A DNA stretch of 27,113 bases, taken from the NCBI GenBank assembly GCA_038205935.1, contig JBBRBK010000025.1, positions 1 through 27,113 on the forward strand, in the 5' to 3' direction. Of this stretch, positions 10,061 to 18,910 are shown piece by piece. How positions within the stretch are numbered: position 1 is the first letter of the stretch; the number at the start of each line of letters is the position of its first letter. Made by a program: the position numbers and the translations under genes. The notes under the pieces are model-generated. The model was not told where the DNA came from and made no database searches. It worked only from the letters and a program-made list of their open reading frames with translations. This DNA is from Campylobacterales bacterium (GTDB lineage: Bacteria; Campylobacterota; Campylobacteria; Campylobacterales; Sulfurimonadaceae).

Positions 10061-10111
10061 AAATAATCCTTGAATAAAACTTAAATTAAGGTACTTATAA
10101 GTTTATATAGC

Positions 10112-10117
10112 TATAAT
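10112..10117 (+). promoter_or_regulatory. Probable sigma70 -10 box of rplM-rpsI
   Basis: TATAAT about 30 nt upstream of the rplM ATG in an AT-rich intergenic region. Confidence 0.6.
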
Positions 10118-10148
10118 TTCGCACTTTAATTCGATGAAAGGTTCTAGA

Positions 10149-10571
10149 ATGAAATTTACAAAAATTGCAACTCCTGAACAAATCGATCAAAAATGGATTT
10201 TGATTGATGCTGAGGGGAAGACTTTTGGGCGTATCGTAACTGAGATCGCTACTCGTCTTCGTGGAAAAGATAAGCCATGTTATACACCAAACCTTGATTG
10301 TGGTGATTTCGTGGTAGTAGTTAACGCTTCAAAAGCAGCTTTTAAAGGTGCTGGTAAGATAGCTGGAAAAGAGTATTTTACTCACAGTGGTTATTTTGGT
10401 TCTACAAAAAGCGTTAAAATGACTGAACTTTTAGAAAAAAATCCTGAGAAACTATTTAGATTAGCAACTCGTGGTATGTTACCAAAAACAAAACTTGGTG
10501 CAAAAATGATCAAAAAACTAAAAGTTTATGCAGGTGCGGAACATCCTCACTCTGCTCAACTATCGAAGTAA
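10149..10571 (+). CDS. rplM: 50S ribosomal protein L13
   Basis: W.LIDAEG..GR, LRGKDKP.YTP..DCGD, GMLPK and LKVYAG.EHPH. Start at the second Met. Confidence 0.98.
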   Translation: MKFTKIATPEQIDQKWILIDAEGKTFGRIVTEIATRLRGKDKPCYTPNLDCGDFVVVVNASKAAFKGAGKIAGKEYFTHSGYFGSTKSVKMTELLEKNPEKLFRLATRGMLPKTKLGAKMIKKLKVYAGAEHPHSAQLSK

Positions 10572-10581
10572 GGAGATATAG

Positions 10582-10974
10582 ATGGCTAACAAAATATATG
10601 CAACAGGACGCCGTAAGTCTTCAATAGCAAAAGTATGGTTAACTCCAGGTACAGGTAAAATCACAATCAACGGTCTTTCATTAGACGCATGGTTGGGTGG
10701 ACTTGAAGCGAAAAAACTTCGTGTTAAGCAACCTTTATCATTAACAAAACAAGATACATCAGTTGATATCGTAGCTACTACTTTAGGTGGTGGTTTTGGT
10801 GGTCAATCAGATGCACTACGTCACGGAATTTCTCGTGCACTAGTAAAATATGATCCATCTTTCAGAGCTATTTTGAAACCAGAAGGCATGATGACTCGTG
10901 ATTCACGTGTCGTAGAACGTAAAAAGCCAGGTCTTAGAAAAGCACGTCGTTCACCTCAATTCTCAAAACGTTAA
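10582..10974 (+). CDS. rpsI: 30S ribosomal protein S9
   Basis: [21 protein letters not shown] and [17 protein letters not shown]. Confidence 0.98.
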   Translation: MANKIYATGRRKSSIAKVWLTPGTGKITINGLSLDAWLGGLEAKKLRVKQPLSLTKQDTSVDIVATTLGGGFGGQSDALRHGISRALVKYDPSFRAILKPEGMMTRDSRVVERKKPGLRKARRSPQFSKR

Positions 10975-10981
10975 TCGTTTT

Positions 10982-11015
10982 ATGGAAAAAACCTTTATGG
11001 TTTTTCCATTTTTTC
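10982..11015 (+). terminator. Intrinsic terminator after rpsI
   Basis: ATGGAAAAAACC-TTTAT-GGTTTTTCCAT stem (one bulged A) followed by a T run. Confidence 0.7.
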
Positions 11016-11042
11016 TTCTCAAAACTTTCTTCAACATTTCCC

Positions 11043-11051
11043 TGATATAAT
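11043..11051 (+). promoter_or_regulatory. Extended -10 promoter (TGnTATAAT)
   Basis: TGATATAAT about 22 nt upstream of ATG 11073. Confidence 0.6.
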
Positions 11052-11072
11052 TGCCTCAAAAAAAGATTTTAA

Positions 11073-12578
11073 ATGCGCTATATTTATTTGCTGATACTAT
11101 TTGTTTCCTTGCAAGCTTCAACGCTCCACCTTGCAACTTCTACAAATCCCTCACGTCTCAATCCTCTTTTGGCAACCGATTCAAGTTCGGCAGAGATAAG
11201 CGATTTTATTTTTAATGCACTTGTAAAATATGATAAAGACTCCTCGAGCGTTATAGGCGATCTTGCAGAGAGTTTTAAGTATGAAAATAACACGACACTT
11301 ATCTTTAAACTTCGTCCAAATATCAAGTGGCAAGATGGTGTAAAATTCACTTCAAAAGATATCGTCTTTACCTATAATCTTATCAACTCCAAAGATGTTA
11401 TCTCGCCTTATACAGCAGAATTTCGTATGGTTAAAAGTGTGACTGCACTTGATGAGAGAACCATAAAAGTCGTCTATAAAAAGCCCTATTTTAAGGCACT
11501 AGAGACTTGGATGATGGGAATCTTACCAGAACATATTTTAAAAAATGAGAAAAATCTGATGAGTGCATCTTTTAATACTCATCCCGTAGGCACAGGAGCT
11601 TATAAACTCACGCAACTTGAACACTCAAAAGATATTATTTTAAGTGCAAACGAGAACTATTTTTTAGGTAAACCCAAGATTGATACAATCATTTTTCATG
11701 TTATTCCCGATCCGATGACACGCTTTTTGATGCTCAAATCCGCGAAAATTGATGTAGGCTCACTCCAAGCGATGGAGTATGAACGTCAGCTTGATAAGGA
11801 TTTTTTTATAAAATTTAACAAGTATGAAGATATCGCTCACGCTTATACCTATCTGGGATTTAATCTTAGAAATAAAAAGTTTCAAGACCCTCGCGTGCGA
11901 GAAGCACTCTCACTTGCTATCAATAGAGATGAGTTGGTGAAAATTCTTTTTTTAGGTCACGCAAGAGTTTGTACAGGTCCATTTTTACCAACAGGTACGG
12001 CTTTTAACAAAGATGTCAAAGCTCCAACGCAGAATATCAAAAAAGCAAAAGAGCTGTTAAAACAAGCTGGATATGATGAAAAACATCCGCTTTCCTTTGA
12101 GATTGCTACGTCAAATTCAGATTCTATCCGTCCTTATGCCGCAGAGATAATGCAGTATCAGCTTGCTAAAGCGGGCGTACATGTAAGCCTTCGTATTATG
12201 GAGTGGCAAGCATTTTTAAATATGGTGGTTTTTCCTAGAAAATTTGAGACAGTTTTACTTGGCTGGTCGCTCTCTTCAACACCCGATCCTTATCTTTTGT
12301 GGCATAGTGATAATGACAAAGCAGGTGGGTTTAACTTTGTAGGGTATCATAACAAAAAGGTTGACAGAGAGATTGAAGTGATGCAAGATAGTGTGGATGT
12401 AAAGCAACTCGCAAAACTTTGGAAAAGTATCTTCGCAGATATCGTAGCAGATAATGCATACTTATTTTTGTTTATACCAAATGATATCAGCGTTGCAAAT
12501 AAAAAGATAAAAAATATAAGCCCGAGCCCTAGCGGTATTTGGTATAACTATAAAGATTGGGAGATTAGAGATGAATAA
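11073..12578 (+). CDS. ABC transporter solute-binding protein, family 5 (peptide/nickel; AppA/DppA-like)
   Basis: Signal peptide, LAES..., F.LR...KW.DG..FTS.D..FT, PVGTG.Y, F.D.RVR.AL..AI.R and AK.LL..AG motifs. Confidence 0.9.
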   Translation: MRYIYLLILFVSLQASTLHLATSTNPSRLNPLLATDSSSAEISDFIFNALVKYDKDSSSVIGDLAESFKYENNTTLIFKLRPNIKWQDGVKFTSKDIVFTYNLINSKDVISPYTAEFRMVKSVTALDERTIKVVYKKPYFKALETWMMGILPEHILKNEKNLMSASFNTHPVGTGAYKLTQLEHSKDIILSANENYFLGKPKIDTIIFHVIPDPMTRFLMLKSAKIDVGSLQAMEYERQLDKDFFIKFNKYEDIAHAYTYLGFNLRNKKFQDPRVREALSLAINRDELVKILFLGHARVCTGPFLPTGTAFNKDVKAPTQNIKKAKELLKQAGYDEKHPLSFEIATSNSDSIRPYAAEIMQYQLAKAGVHVSLRIMEWQAFLNMVVFPRKFETVLLGWSLSSTPDPYLLWHSDNDKAGGFNFVGYHNKKVDREIEVMQDSVDVKQLAKLWKSIFADIVADNAYLFLFIPNDISVANKKIKNISPSPSGIWYNYKDWEIRDE

Positions 12579-13170
12579 AGAAAATCGTTTTGATAAAAGT
12601 GCAGAAACTTGGGATACATCAGATACGAGAGTAATGCTTGCGCAAAATATTTATGATGCTATTGTAAAAAACATAGAGCTACGCTCTGATATGGATGTAA
12701 TCGATTTTGGTGCTGGTACAGGACTTTTGAGCCGTAATATTGCCTTACATGTAAAGAGTTTGCTTGGTATTGATACATCAAGTGGAATGCTAGCTAAACT
12801 CAATGCTCTCGAAGTTGAGAATATCAATACCTTACATGTAGATATTTGTGCGTATGAAACACAGAAAAAGTATGATGGAATTGTCAGTTCTATGACGATG
12901 CATCATGTTGAGCATTTAGATGCATTGTTTACTAAAATGCATGCACTTTTAAAAGAGGGTGGTTTTATTGCAATAGCCGATCTTATGGGCGAAGATGGAA
13001 CTTTTCATAATGATAATGATGGTGTACATCACTTTGGATTTGATGAAGAACATTTGATTTTATTGGCACAAAGTCACGGCTTTAGAGATGCGAAATATCA
13101 AAGAATTTTTGATGTCAACAAAGAGGGCAAAGAACCATACGGTATCTTTTTACTGACTGCAAAAAAATGA
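12571..13170 (+). CDS. Class I SAM-dependent methyltransferase
   Basis: DFGAGTG motif I, GIDTS..M, YD.IVSSMTMHH and LKEGG. Confidence 0.88.
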   Translation: MNKENRFDKSAETWDTSDTRVMLAQNIYDAIVKNIELRSDMDVIDFGAGTGLLSRNIALHVKSLLGIDTSSGMLAKLNALEVENINTLHVDICAYETQKKYDGIVSSMTMHHVEHLDALFTKMHALLKEGGFIAIADLMGEDGTFHNDNDGVHHFGFDEEHLILLAQSHGFRDAKYQRIFDVNKEGKEPYGIFLLTAKK

Positions 13171-13796
13171 CAATTCTTTTTGATCTTGACGGTACGCTTA
13201 TAGATTCAACTGAGGCTATTTTAGAGAGCTTTCATAACTCGTATGATGTGTTTAAAATGATCCATCCAAGCGATCAAGAGATAAAATTGCTCATAGGTCA
13301 TCCGCTTGATGTGATGTATGTTTCTCTTGGTGTAGAGGGGCAAAAAGTTTGGGAGATGGTCAATACATACAAGCAGCATTATAGAAAAATATCTACTCAA
13401 AAAACACAACTTTTGCCATTTGCAAGGGAAGCTGTAGAACTTGCAAGCAAAAATGCAAGACTAGGAATTGTAACAACAAAGACTGGAAGATACTCAAGGA
13501 TCTTGATGGAGCATTTTGAGTTGATGCAGCACTTTGAAGTTTTGATTGGACGTGAAGATGTCCAAAATCCAAAACCTCACCCAGAACCGATCAATAAAGC
13601 GATCGAATTCTTAAAGGTAAACAAAGAGGATTGTTGGATGGTTGGCGATACTCGAATGGACCTTATAGCTGCAAAAAGTGCAGGTATCAAAAGTGTGGCA
13701 GTAGTGAGTGAATATGAGCCTTTAGAAGAGCTGAAAAAACATACAGATATAATAAAAACAAATGCACTTGAAGCTGTCCAAACTATCCTAAAATAG
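13167..13796 (+). CDS. HAD-family hydrolase (phosphoglycolate phosphatase-like)
   Basis: FDLDGTLID, VTTK, KPHPEP and MVGDT..D motifs. ATGA overlap with the upstream gene. Confidence 0.9.
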   Translation: MTILFDLDGTLIDSTEAILESFHNSYDVFKMIHPSDQEIKLLIGHPLDVMYVSLGVEGQKVWEMVNTYKQHYRKISTQKTQLLPFAREAVELASKNARLGIVTTKTGRYSRILMEHFELMQHFEVLIGREDVQNPKPHPEPINKAIEFLKVNKEDCWMVGDTRMDLIAAKSAGIKSVAVVSEYEPLEELKKHTDIIKTNALEAVQTILK

Positions 13797-13926
13797 GAAG
13801 ATATCACACAGTTTTCTCACCTTAACAAACAACATCAATAAAACAAGCTATATTTAAGAGCAACTTTCATAAAATACATCAAACGTAAGATTATTCTTTT
13901 GGAATTTTAATTTTTAGGGAGACTTT

Positions 13927-14484
13927 ATGCTAGAAATCAGATGGCACAGCCGTGCAGGACAGGGTGCTGTTACTGGGGCAAAAGGTTTAGCGGATGTTGT
14001 TGCGACAACAGGTAAAGATGTACAAGCTTTTGCATTTTACGGATCTGCTAAACGTGGAGCAGCAATGACTGCTTATAATCGTGTTGATGATCAACCGATT
14101 ATGAACCATGAGAAATATATGAGACCAGACTATGTGTTTGTTATAGATCCAGCTTTAGTTTACACTACGGATGTTACTGTTAACGATAAAGATGACACCG
14201 TTTATATCATTACTACTCATATGACTAAAGAGGAACTTATTGCTTCTCAACCAAGACTTGAGGGGAAAAAAGTCTATACGGTTGATTGTATCAAAATAGC
14301 TCAAGAAACTATTGGTCGTGCAATACCAAATACGCCTATGCTTGGGGCATTTATGAAAATTTCAAAAATGTATGATATAGAGTTTTTTAAAGAAAACATG
14401 GTACGTATTTTGGATAAATTACCTAAGAAAATCATCGATGCAAATATGTTGGCAATCCAACGTGCATATGATGAAGTAAAATAA
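13927..14484 (+). CDS. porC: Pyruvate:ferredoxin/flavodoxin oxidoreductase gamma subunit
   Basis: EIRWHSRAGQGAVT, YGSAKRGA and PNTPMLGA. First gene of the four-gene por operon. Confidence 0.93.
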   Translation: MLEIRWHSRAGQGAVTGAKGLADVVATTGKDVQAFAFYGSAKRGAAMTAYNRVDDQPIMNHEKYMRPDYVFVIDPALVYTTDVTVNDKDDTVYIITTHMTKEELIASQPRLEGKKVYTVDCIKIAQETIGRAIPNTPMLGAFMKISKMYDIEFFKENMVRILDKLPKKIIDANMLAIQRAYDEVK

Positions 14485-14491
14485 GGAGCAA

Positions 14492-14908
14492 ATGATGGCA
14501 AATAAAGGATGGGATGAATTCGAAATTGGCGCAATGCTTCGTTCGTTTGATGGTGTTATACCTAATATTTCGACTGTACATCAAGAAGATAGAGCGTACT
14601 CTGCGAGTAACTCGTTTACCGCAAGTGTTGCTGATTGGCGTATAGAAAAACCGGTTTTCAATAAAGATTATTGTATTGATTGTCAGTTTTGCTGGATATT
14701 TTGTCCAGATATGTCTATCATATCTCGTGATAAAAAGATGATCGGTGTAGATATGGATCACTGTAAAGGATGTGCGATTTGTGTTGAGGTTTGTCCTACA
14801 AATCCAAAATCGCTATTGATGTTCTCAGAACAAACAGATGAAGAAGAAGCACTAGCTGGTTGGCCTGCTAAAGATACAAGCAAAGCTGATACTAAAGGAG
14901 AAGAATAA
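14492..14908 (+). CDS. porD: Pyruvate:ferredoxin oxidoreductase delta subunit (2x[4Fe-4S])
   Basis: WR..KP, CIDCQFCWIFCP and CKGCAICVEVCP. Start may be 14495. Confidence 0.93.
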   Translation: MMANKGWDEFEIGAMLRSFDGVIPNISTVHQEDRAYSASNSFTASVADWRIEKPVFNKDYCIDCQFCWIFCPDMSIISRDKKMIGVDMDHCKGCAICVEVCPTNPKSLLMFSEQTDEEEALAGWPAKDTSKADTKGEE

Positions 14909-16131
14909 TGGCATTTGATAAAATGGAACTACGTGATATCGAAGTTTGGGATGGTAACTTTGCTGCTGCTCAAGCTTTAAGACAATGTCAGATTGATGTT
15001 GTAGCTGCATATCCTATTACTCCTTCGACTCCTATCGTTGAGGGCTATGCCAAATTTTTGGCAGATGGTTATGTTGAAGGCGAATTTGTAATGGTTGAGT
15101 CTGAACACGCTGCAATGAGTGGCTGTATTGGTGCTTCGGCTGCTGGCGGACGTGTTGCGACTGCAACTTCGTCTCAAGGTTTTGCACTTATGGTTGAAAC
15201 ACTGTATCAGGCTTCTGGTATGCGTTTACCGATCATTTTAAATGTTGTAAACCGTGCACTTGCTGCTCCTTTGAACGTTAATGGAGATCATTCAGATATG
15301 TATCTTGGACGTGATAGTGGTTGGATTCAGTTTGACGCTTATAGTCCTCAAGAAGCGTATGACTTAAACTTCATCGCTTTTAAAGTTTCAGAAGATCATG
15401 ATGTACGTCTTCCATCTATGGTTCACCAAGATGGATTTATGACATCTCATACAGCTCAGGGTGTAAAAACTTTGGATGATGATACTGCTTATGGATTTGT
15501 TGGTGATTTTAAACCGATGAACGATATGCTTGATCTTGATCATCCAGTATCTCATGGTGTTCAAACTGAAGAAGATTGGCACTTTGAACATAAAGCTCGT
15601 CAACATAGAGATCTTATGTTAAATGTAGCTCCAAAAATTCAAGCAGCTTTTGATGCGTTTGAAAAATTAAGCGGACGTAAATACAATATGGTAGAACAGT
15701 ATTCTATGGAAGATGCTGATGTTGCGGTTGTATGTCTTGGAACATCTGTTGAAACTGCTCGTGAAGTGGCTTTAGAGATGAGAAAAGAGGGAATAAAAGC
15801 GGGAGTAGTTGGTATTCGCGTTCTTAGACCTTTTCCATTTATGAAAATAGCGGAAGTTTTAAAAGATATTAAAGCAATCGCTGCACTTGATCGTTCATCA
15901 CCAAATGGTGCTCCAGGTATGCTTTTCAATGAAATCGCAGGCGCACTTTTCAATACAGATACAAAAGCATTACTTTCAGGTTATGTTTATGGTTTAGGCG
16001 GTCGTGACCTTACTAAAGCTCATTTAAGAGATCTTTATAAAGAGCTTCAGGCAAATGTTGACGCTGGTAAAGTGACAACTCAACTACAACAGTTTATCGG
16101 CGTTCGTGGTCCGAAACTGGCATTTTTATAG
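14908..16131 (+). CDS. porA: Pyruvate:ferredoxin oxidoreductase alpha subunit
   Basis: AAYPITPST, ESEHAA, TATSSQG and YGLGGRD. Confidence 0.95.
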   Translation: MAFDKMELRDIEVWDGNFAAAQALRQCQIDVVAAYPITPSTPIVEGYAKFLADGYVEGEFVMVESEHAAMSGCIGASAAGGRVATATSSQGFALMVETLYQASGMRLPIILNVVNRALAAPLNVNGDHSDMYLGRDSGWIQFDAYSPQEAYDLNFIAFKVSEDHDVRLPSMVHQDGFMTSHTAQGVKTLDDDTAYGFVGDFKPMNDMLDLDHPVSHGVQTEEDWHFEHKARQHRDLMLNVAPKIQAAFDAFEKLSGRKYNMVEQYSMEDADVAVVCLGTSVETAREVALEMRKEGIKAGVVGIRVLRPFPFMKIAEVLKDIKAIAALDRSSPNGAPGMLFNEIAGALFNTDTKALLSGYVYGLGGRDLTKAHLRDLYKELQANVDAGKVTTQLQQFIGVRGPKLAFL

Positions 16132-16140
16132 GAGATTCTT

Positions 16141-17097
16141 ATGAGTGAAATGAAAAAAATTAAAAACTTAAAAGAGTTTTCAACATCAGCGGATCGTTTT
16201 GAAGGTGCAAACCTTCTTTGTCCGGGTTGTGCTCACTCTATTATTGTTCGTGAAGTTCTAAATGCAACAAATGATGATTTGATACTTTCTGCATCTACTG
16301 GATGTTTGGAAGTTTGTACGGCAGTTTATCCATACACTTCATGGGATGCTTCTTGGATCCACATTGGATTTGAAAATGGTTCTACTGCAGTTGCTGGCGC
16401 TGAGTCAATGTATAAAGCATTAAAAACAAAAGGTCGTCTAAAACAACCAGATCGTAAACCTAAATTTGTATCATTTGCAGGTGATGGCGCTTCTTACGAT
16501 ATCGGTTTCCAATGGATTTCTGGTTGTATGGAACGTGGACACACAATGATGCACGTTGTTCTTGACAACGAAGTATACGCAAATACAGGTGGGCAACGTT
16601 CATCTTCTACGCCGATTGGTTCAAGTGCTACAACTTCTCCAGCTGGTCGTATTAGCTATGGTGAAAAGAAAAATAAAAAAGATATGGTAGCTATTATGGC
16701 TTCTCATGGCATTCCATATGCAGCACAAGTTTCTCCAAACAAGTGGAAAGATATGGTTAAAAAAATCCAACACGGTTTAAGTGTTGAGGGTCCATCTTTT
16801 ATCAATGCTATCTCTGCTTGTACAACTGAGTGGAAATTTGATCCTAAAGATACTATGGCGATTACAGATTTGGCAACAGATTCTCTAGTTTTCCCATTGT
16901 ATGAGATCATTGATGGTCATGAGTTAAATATCACTTACCGTCCAAAAAATATTGTTCCTGTTGAGGAATATCTTGCAGCTCAAGGTCGTTTCAAGCATCT
17001 TTTCAAAGATCAGTATAAATACCTTATAAAAGAGTGGCAAGAAAGAGTAGACGCTCAGTGGGTATATCTACAACGACGTGAAGAAGCTCGCGTATAA
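16141..17097 (+). CDS. porB: Pyruvate:ferredoxin oxidoreductase beta subunit (TPP-binding)
   Basis: CPGC, TGC, GDG...DIG and DNE.YANTGGQ. Confidence 0.95.
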   Translation: MSEMKKIKNLKEFSTSADRFEGANLLCPGCAHSIIVREVLNATNDDLILSASTGCLEVCTAVYPYTSWDASWIHIGFENGSTAVAGAESMYKALKTKGRLKQPDRKPKFVSFAGDGASYDIGFQWISGCMERGHTMMHVVLDNEVYANTGGQRSSSTPIGSSATTSPAGRISYGEKKNKKDMVAIMASHGIPYAAQVSPNKWKDMVKKIQHGLSVEGPSFINAISACTTEWKFDPKDTMAITDLATDSLVFPLYEIIDGHELNITYRPKNIVPVEEYLAAQGRFKHLFKDQYKYLIKEWQERVDAQWVYLQRREEARV

Positions 17098-17107
17098 AAA
17101 AAGCTTC

Positions 17108-17160
17108 TAGCTTCAGCGCACCTTGCGTCCAAGTTGGACATTCGGTGCACTAGAGTGCTA
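17108..17160. repeat. GC-rich imperfect inverted repeat downstream of porB
   Basis: Paired segments TAGC/GCTA, AGCGCACC/GGTGCACT and GTCCA-AGT-TGGAC. No adjacent T tract. Confidence 0.55.
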
Positions 17161-17294
17161 CCTCAGTCCATCTTGAACACAATTTGCACTAAATCTAAAA
17201 CTTTTTTAATTCCTCTTAAAGTTTTTCTCTTTTTTAAACTTTCTTTTTTTTCTTTGATTAACATCTTCTCTGGGTAATGCTTACATGTAAATAA

Positions 17295-17303
17295 TGATAA
17301 AAT
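17295..17303 (+). promoter_or_regulatory. Extended -10 promoter (TGnTAAAAT)
   Basis: TGATAAAAT about 26 nt upstream of ATG 17329, downstream of periodic T tracts. Confidence 0.5.
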
Positions 17304-17328
17304 CATTAAAAATATGAGGATTTATAAT

Positions 17329-17631
17329 ATGAATATACTTGTTGCAATGGATGGCGATGACGCTCAGGAATCAAAACTTTGTAAGCTGAGCGACGTGCAG
17401 AAATGGGCGATAATCGTAGTTGAGGCGGGTGAAGTTGTCGAAATTTTGTTCGAGGATAAACGTGAAGATTTTACTATACCTGGCGAAACAGTTGTCGTGA
17501 TTGATGACAATGAATATGTCTGGCCGTTTATCGAAGAGCAGATGCAAGTGCTTGTTGGACACACTCAACGTACTATTGATGATATCGTAGAAGCATATTT
17601 GTTTAAAGAACTCCATGAACTCGCGTATTAA
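17329..17631 (+). CDS. Small acidic hypothetical protein (weakly NifB/NifX-like)
   Basis: SD GAGGA before ATG 17329. The pattern MNILVAMD...ES.L......W.I..V..G.V and T.DD.VE.YL..EL only loosely recalls the NifB/NifX fold. Confidence 0.6.
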   Translation: MNILVAMDGDDAQESKLCKLSDVQKWAIIVVEAGEVVEILFEDKREDFTIPGETVVVIDDNEYVWPFIEEQMQVLVGHTQRTIDDIVEAYLFKELHELAY

Positions 17632-18097
17632 AGAGTTAATCAATCCACTTCCAGGATATACTATCTTACATGTAAGCTTACATGTAGATGATGTAACATT
17701 GACTTTAGATGACATTTTAGAAAAAGTTGGTGGAAAACTCAATCTTGCACTTTATCATAACAGCGAAAATCCTCAACTTAGTGGAAATGTACACCTTCAA
17801 CATCTTGAAAATTTTAACGAGATTCCCCGAGCAATTCCACGTGACAACGATATTGTTATATTTCATGATGTATTTAGTCAGCATTTGCAAAAAGAGAGAA
17901 TGCTAAAAAATGCATATACGACTTTAGCAAATGCAGGTCAGATAGTCATTATAGAAAAAAAAGGTGTAATGGATGTGGAGCAAATAAAAGAGTATCTAGA
18001 AGCACATGAATTCCGCGCATCAAATGAGATAGATCTACTTGAAGGTTATGATCTTGTTATTGCAAAGAAGATGCATATGTGGGGTAATGGGTTATGA
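17615..18097 (+). CDS. Hypothetical protein, degenerate class I methyltransferase-like fold
   Basis: DIVIF.D.......L...Y..L...GQIVIIE resembles the C-terminal half of Rossmann MTases but lacks GxGxG. Overlaps the upstream ORF by 17 nt. Confidence 0.6.
   Translation: MNSRIKELINPLPGYTILHVSLHVDDVTLTLDDILEKVGGKLNLALYHNSENPQLSGNVHLQHLENFNEIPRAIPRDNDIVIFHDVFSQHLQKERMLKNAYTTLANAGQIVIIEKKGVMDVEQIKEYLEAHEFRASNEIDLLEGYDLVIAKKMHMWGNGL
17665..17687. repeat. Tandem copy of the iterated palindrome
   Basis: CTTACATGTAAGCTTACATGTAG. Positions 17667-17686 form a perfect 20-bp palindrome. Confidence 0.85.
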
Positions 18098-18154
18098 TAA
18101 AATAGGTGTTTTATGATCGAAAATAAACTTTTGAACTATGAAAGGCAAGTCACT

Positions 18155-18826
18155 ATGAAACTTCATAAAGCTGTAATGACACTTTTATTTACCGCCACAA
18201 TCGTTTTGGCGCAAGATATTCCATCGGGCTTTGTCGATCTTAAAAAAGCAATTCCGAGTCTTGTGTTAGAGCTTCGCTACAGCGGGGAAAACAACTTTAT
18301 CGGTAAGCCTATTGATGGCTATGAGGCTCATATTTGCTACCTTAGCACTTTGGCGGCAGTTGCACTAGCAGAAGCACAAGAAGAATTATTACCTTTTGGA
18401 TTGGGACTCAAAGTTTTTGATGCTTATCGTCCGCAGCGCAGCGTCAACCACTTTGTCCGCTGGGCGAAAGATTTGAATGATACGAAAATGAAGACAAGCT
18501 ATTACCCTGATGTTTTAAAATCCGAACTTTTTGATAAAGGGTATATTGCAGCGCGTTCAGGTCATTCGCGCGGTAGCACGATTGATCTGACTTTGATCGA
18601 TCTTGCAACGGGGAAAGAACTAGATATGGGAACAGGTTTTGATTTCTTTAGTCAACTCTCTTGGCCTACAAGCAAAGAAGCAACCTCACAGCAACGTGCG
18701 AACCGTTTGCTATTGCGCTCCATTATGCTTCGTCACGGATTTCGACCTCTGCCCGAAGAATGGTGGCATTTCACACTTGTAAATGAACCCTATCCCACGA
18801 CCTATTTTGACTTTCCGGTGCGTTGA
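18155..18826 (+). CDS. D-alanyl-D-alanine dipeptidase, peptidase M15D (VanX/DdpX-like), with signal peptide
   Basis: RY....NF.G, DAYRP, SGHSRGSTIDLTL, DMGT.FDFF and EWWHF. Start 18155 preferred over 18113 (SD GAAAGG; TGATAAAAT at 18095-18103). Confidence 0.9.
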   Translation: MKLHKAVMTLLFTATIVLAQDIPSGFVDLKKAIPSLVLELRYSGENNFIGKPIDGYEAHICYLSTLAAVALAEAQEELLPFGLGLKVFDAYRPQRSVNHFVRWAKDLNDTKMKTSYYPDVLKSELFDKGYIAARSGHSRGSTIDLTLIDLATGKELDMGTGFDFFSQLSWPTSKEATSQQRANRLLLRSIMLRHGFRPLPEEWWHFTLVNEPYPTTYFDFPVR

Positions 18827-18871
18827 TATAAGGTTCAACACAGCTCTCTTTGAATGTTCCCTTTAGTCGGG

Positions 18872-18877
18872 TATAAT
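18872..18877 (+). promoter_or_regulatory. Probable -10 box of the GNAT-nitrilase/mnmD unit
   Basis: TATAAT about 34 nt upstream of ATG 18911. Confidence 0.5.
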
Positions 18878-18910
18878 GAATAACACTTAAAAATTAAGAA
18901 TTGGAACAGT

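Noticed and set aside
17196..17256. T-rich low-complexity stretch as a repeat or ncRNA
   Set aside because: Consistent with the periodic T tracts upstream of Campylobacterota sigma70 promoters. No defined repeat unit.
18155..18826. Vancomycin-resistance locus
   Set aside because: No vanH, vanA/B or vanRS. The nearby ATP-grasp enzyme is RimK, not a D-Ala-D-Lac ligase.
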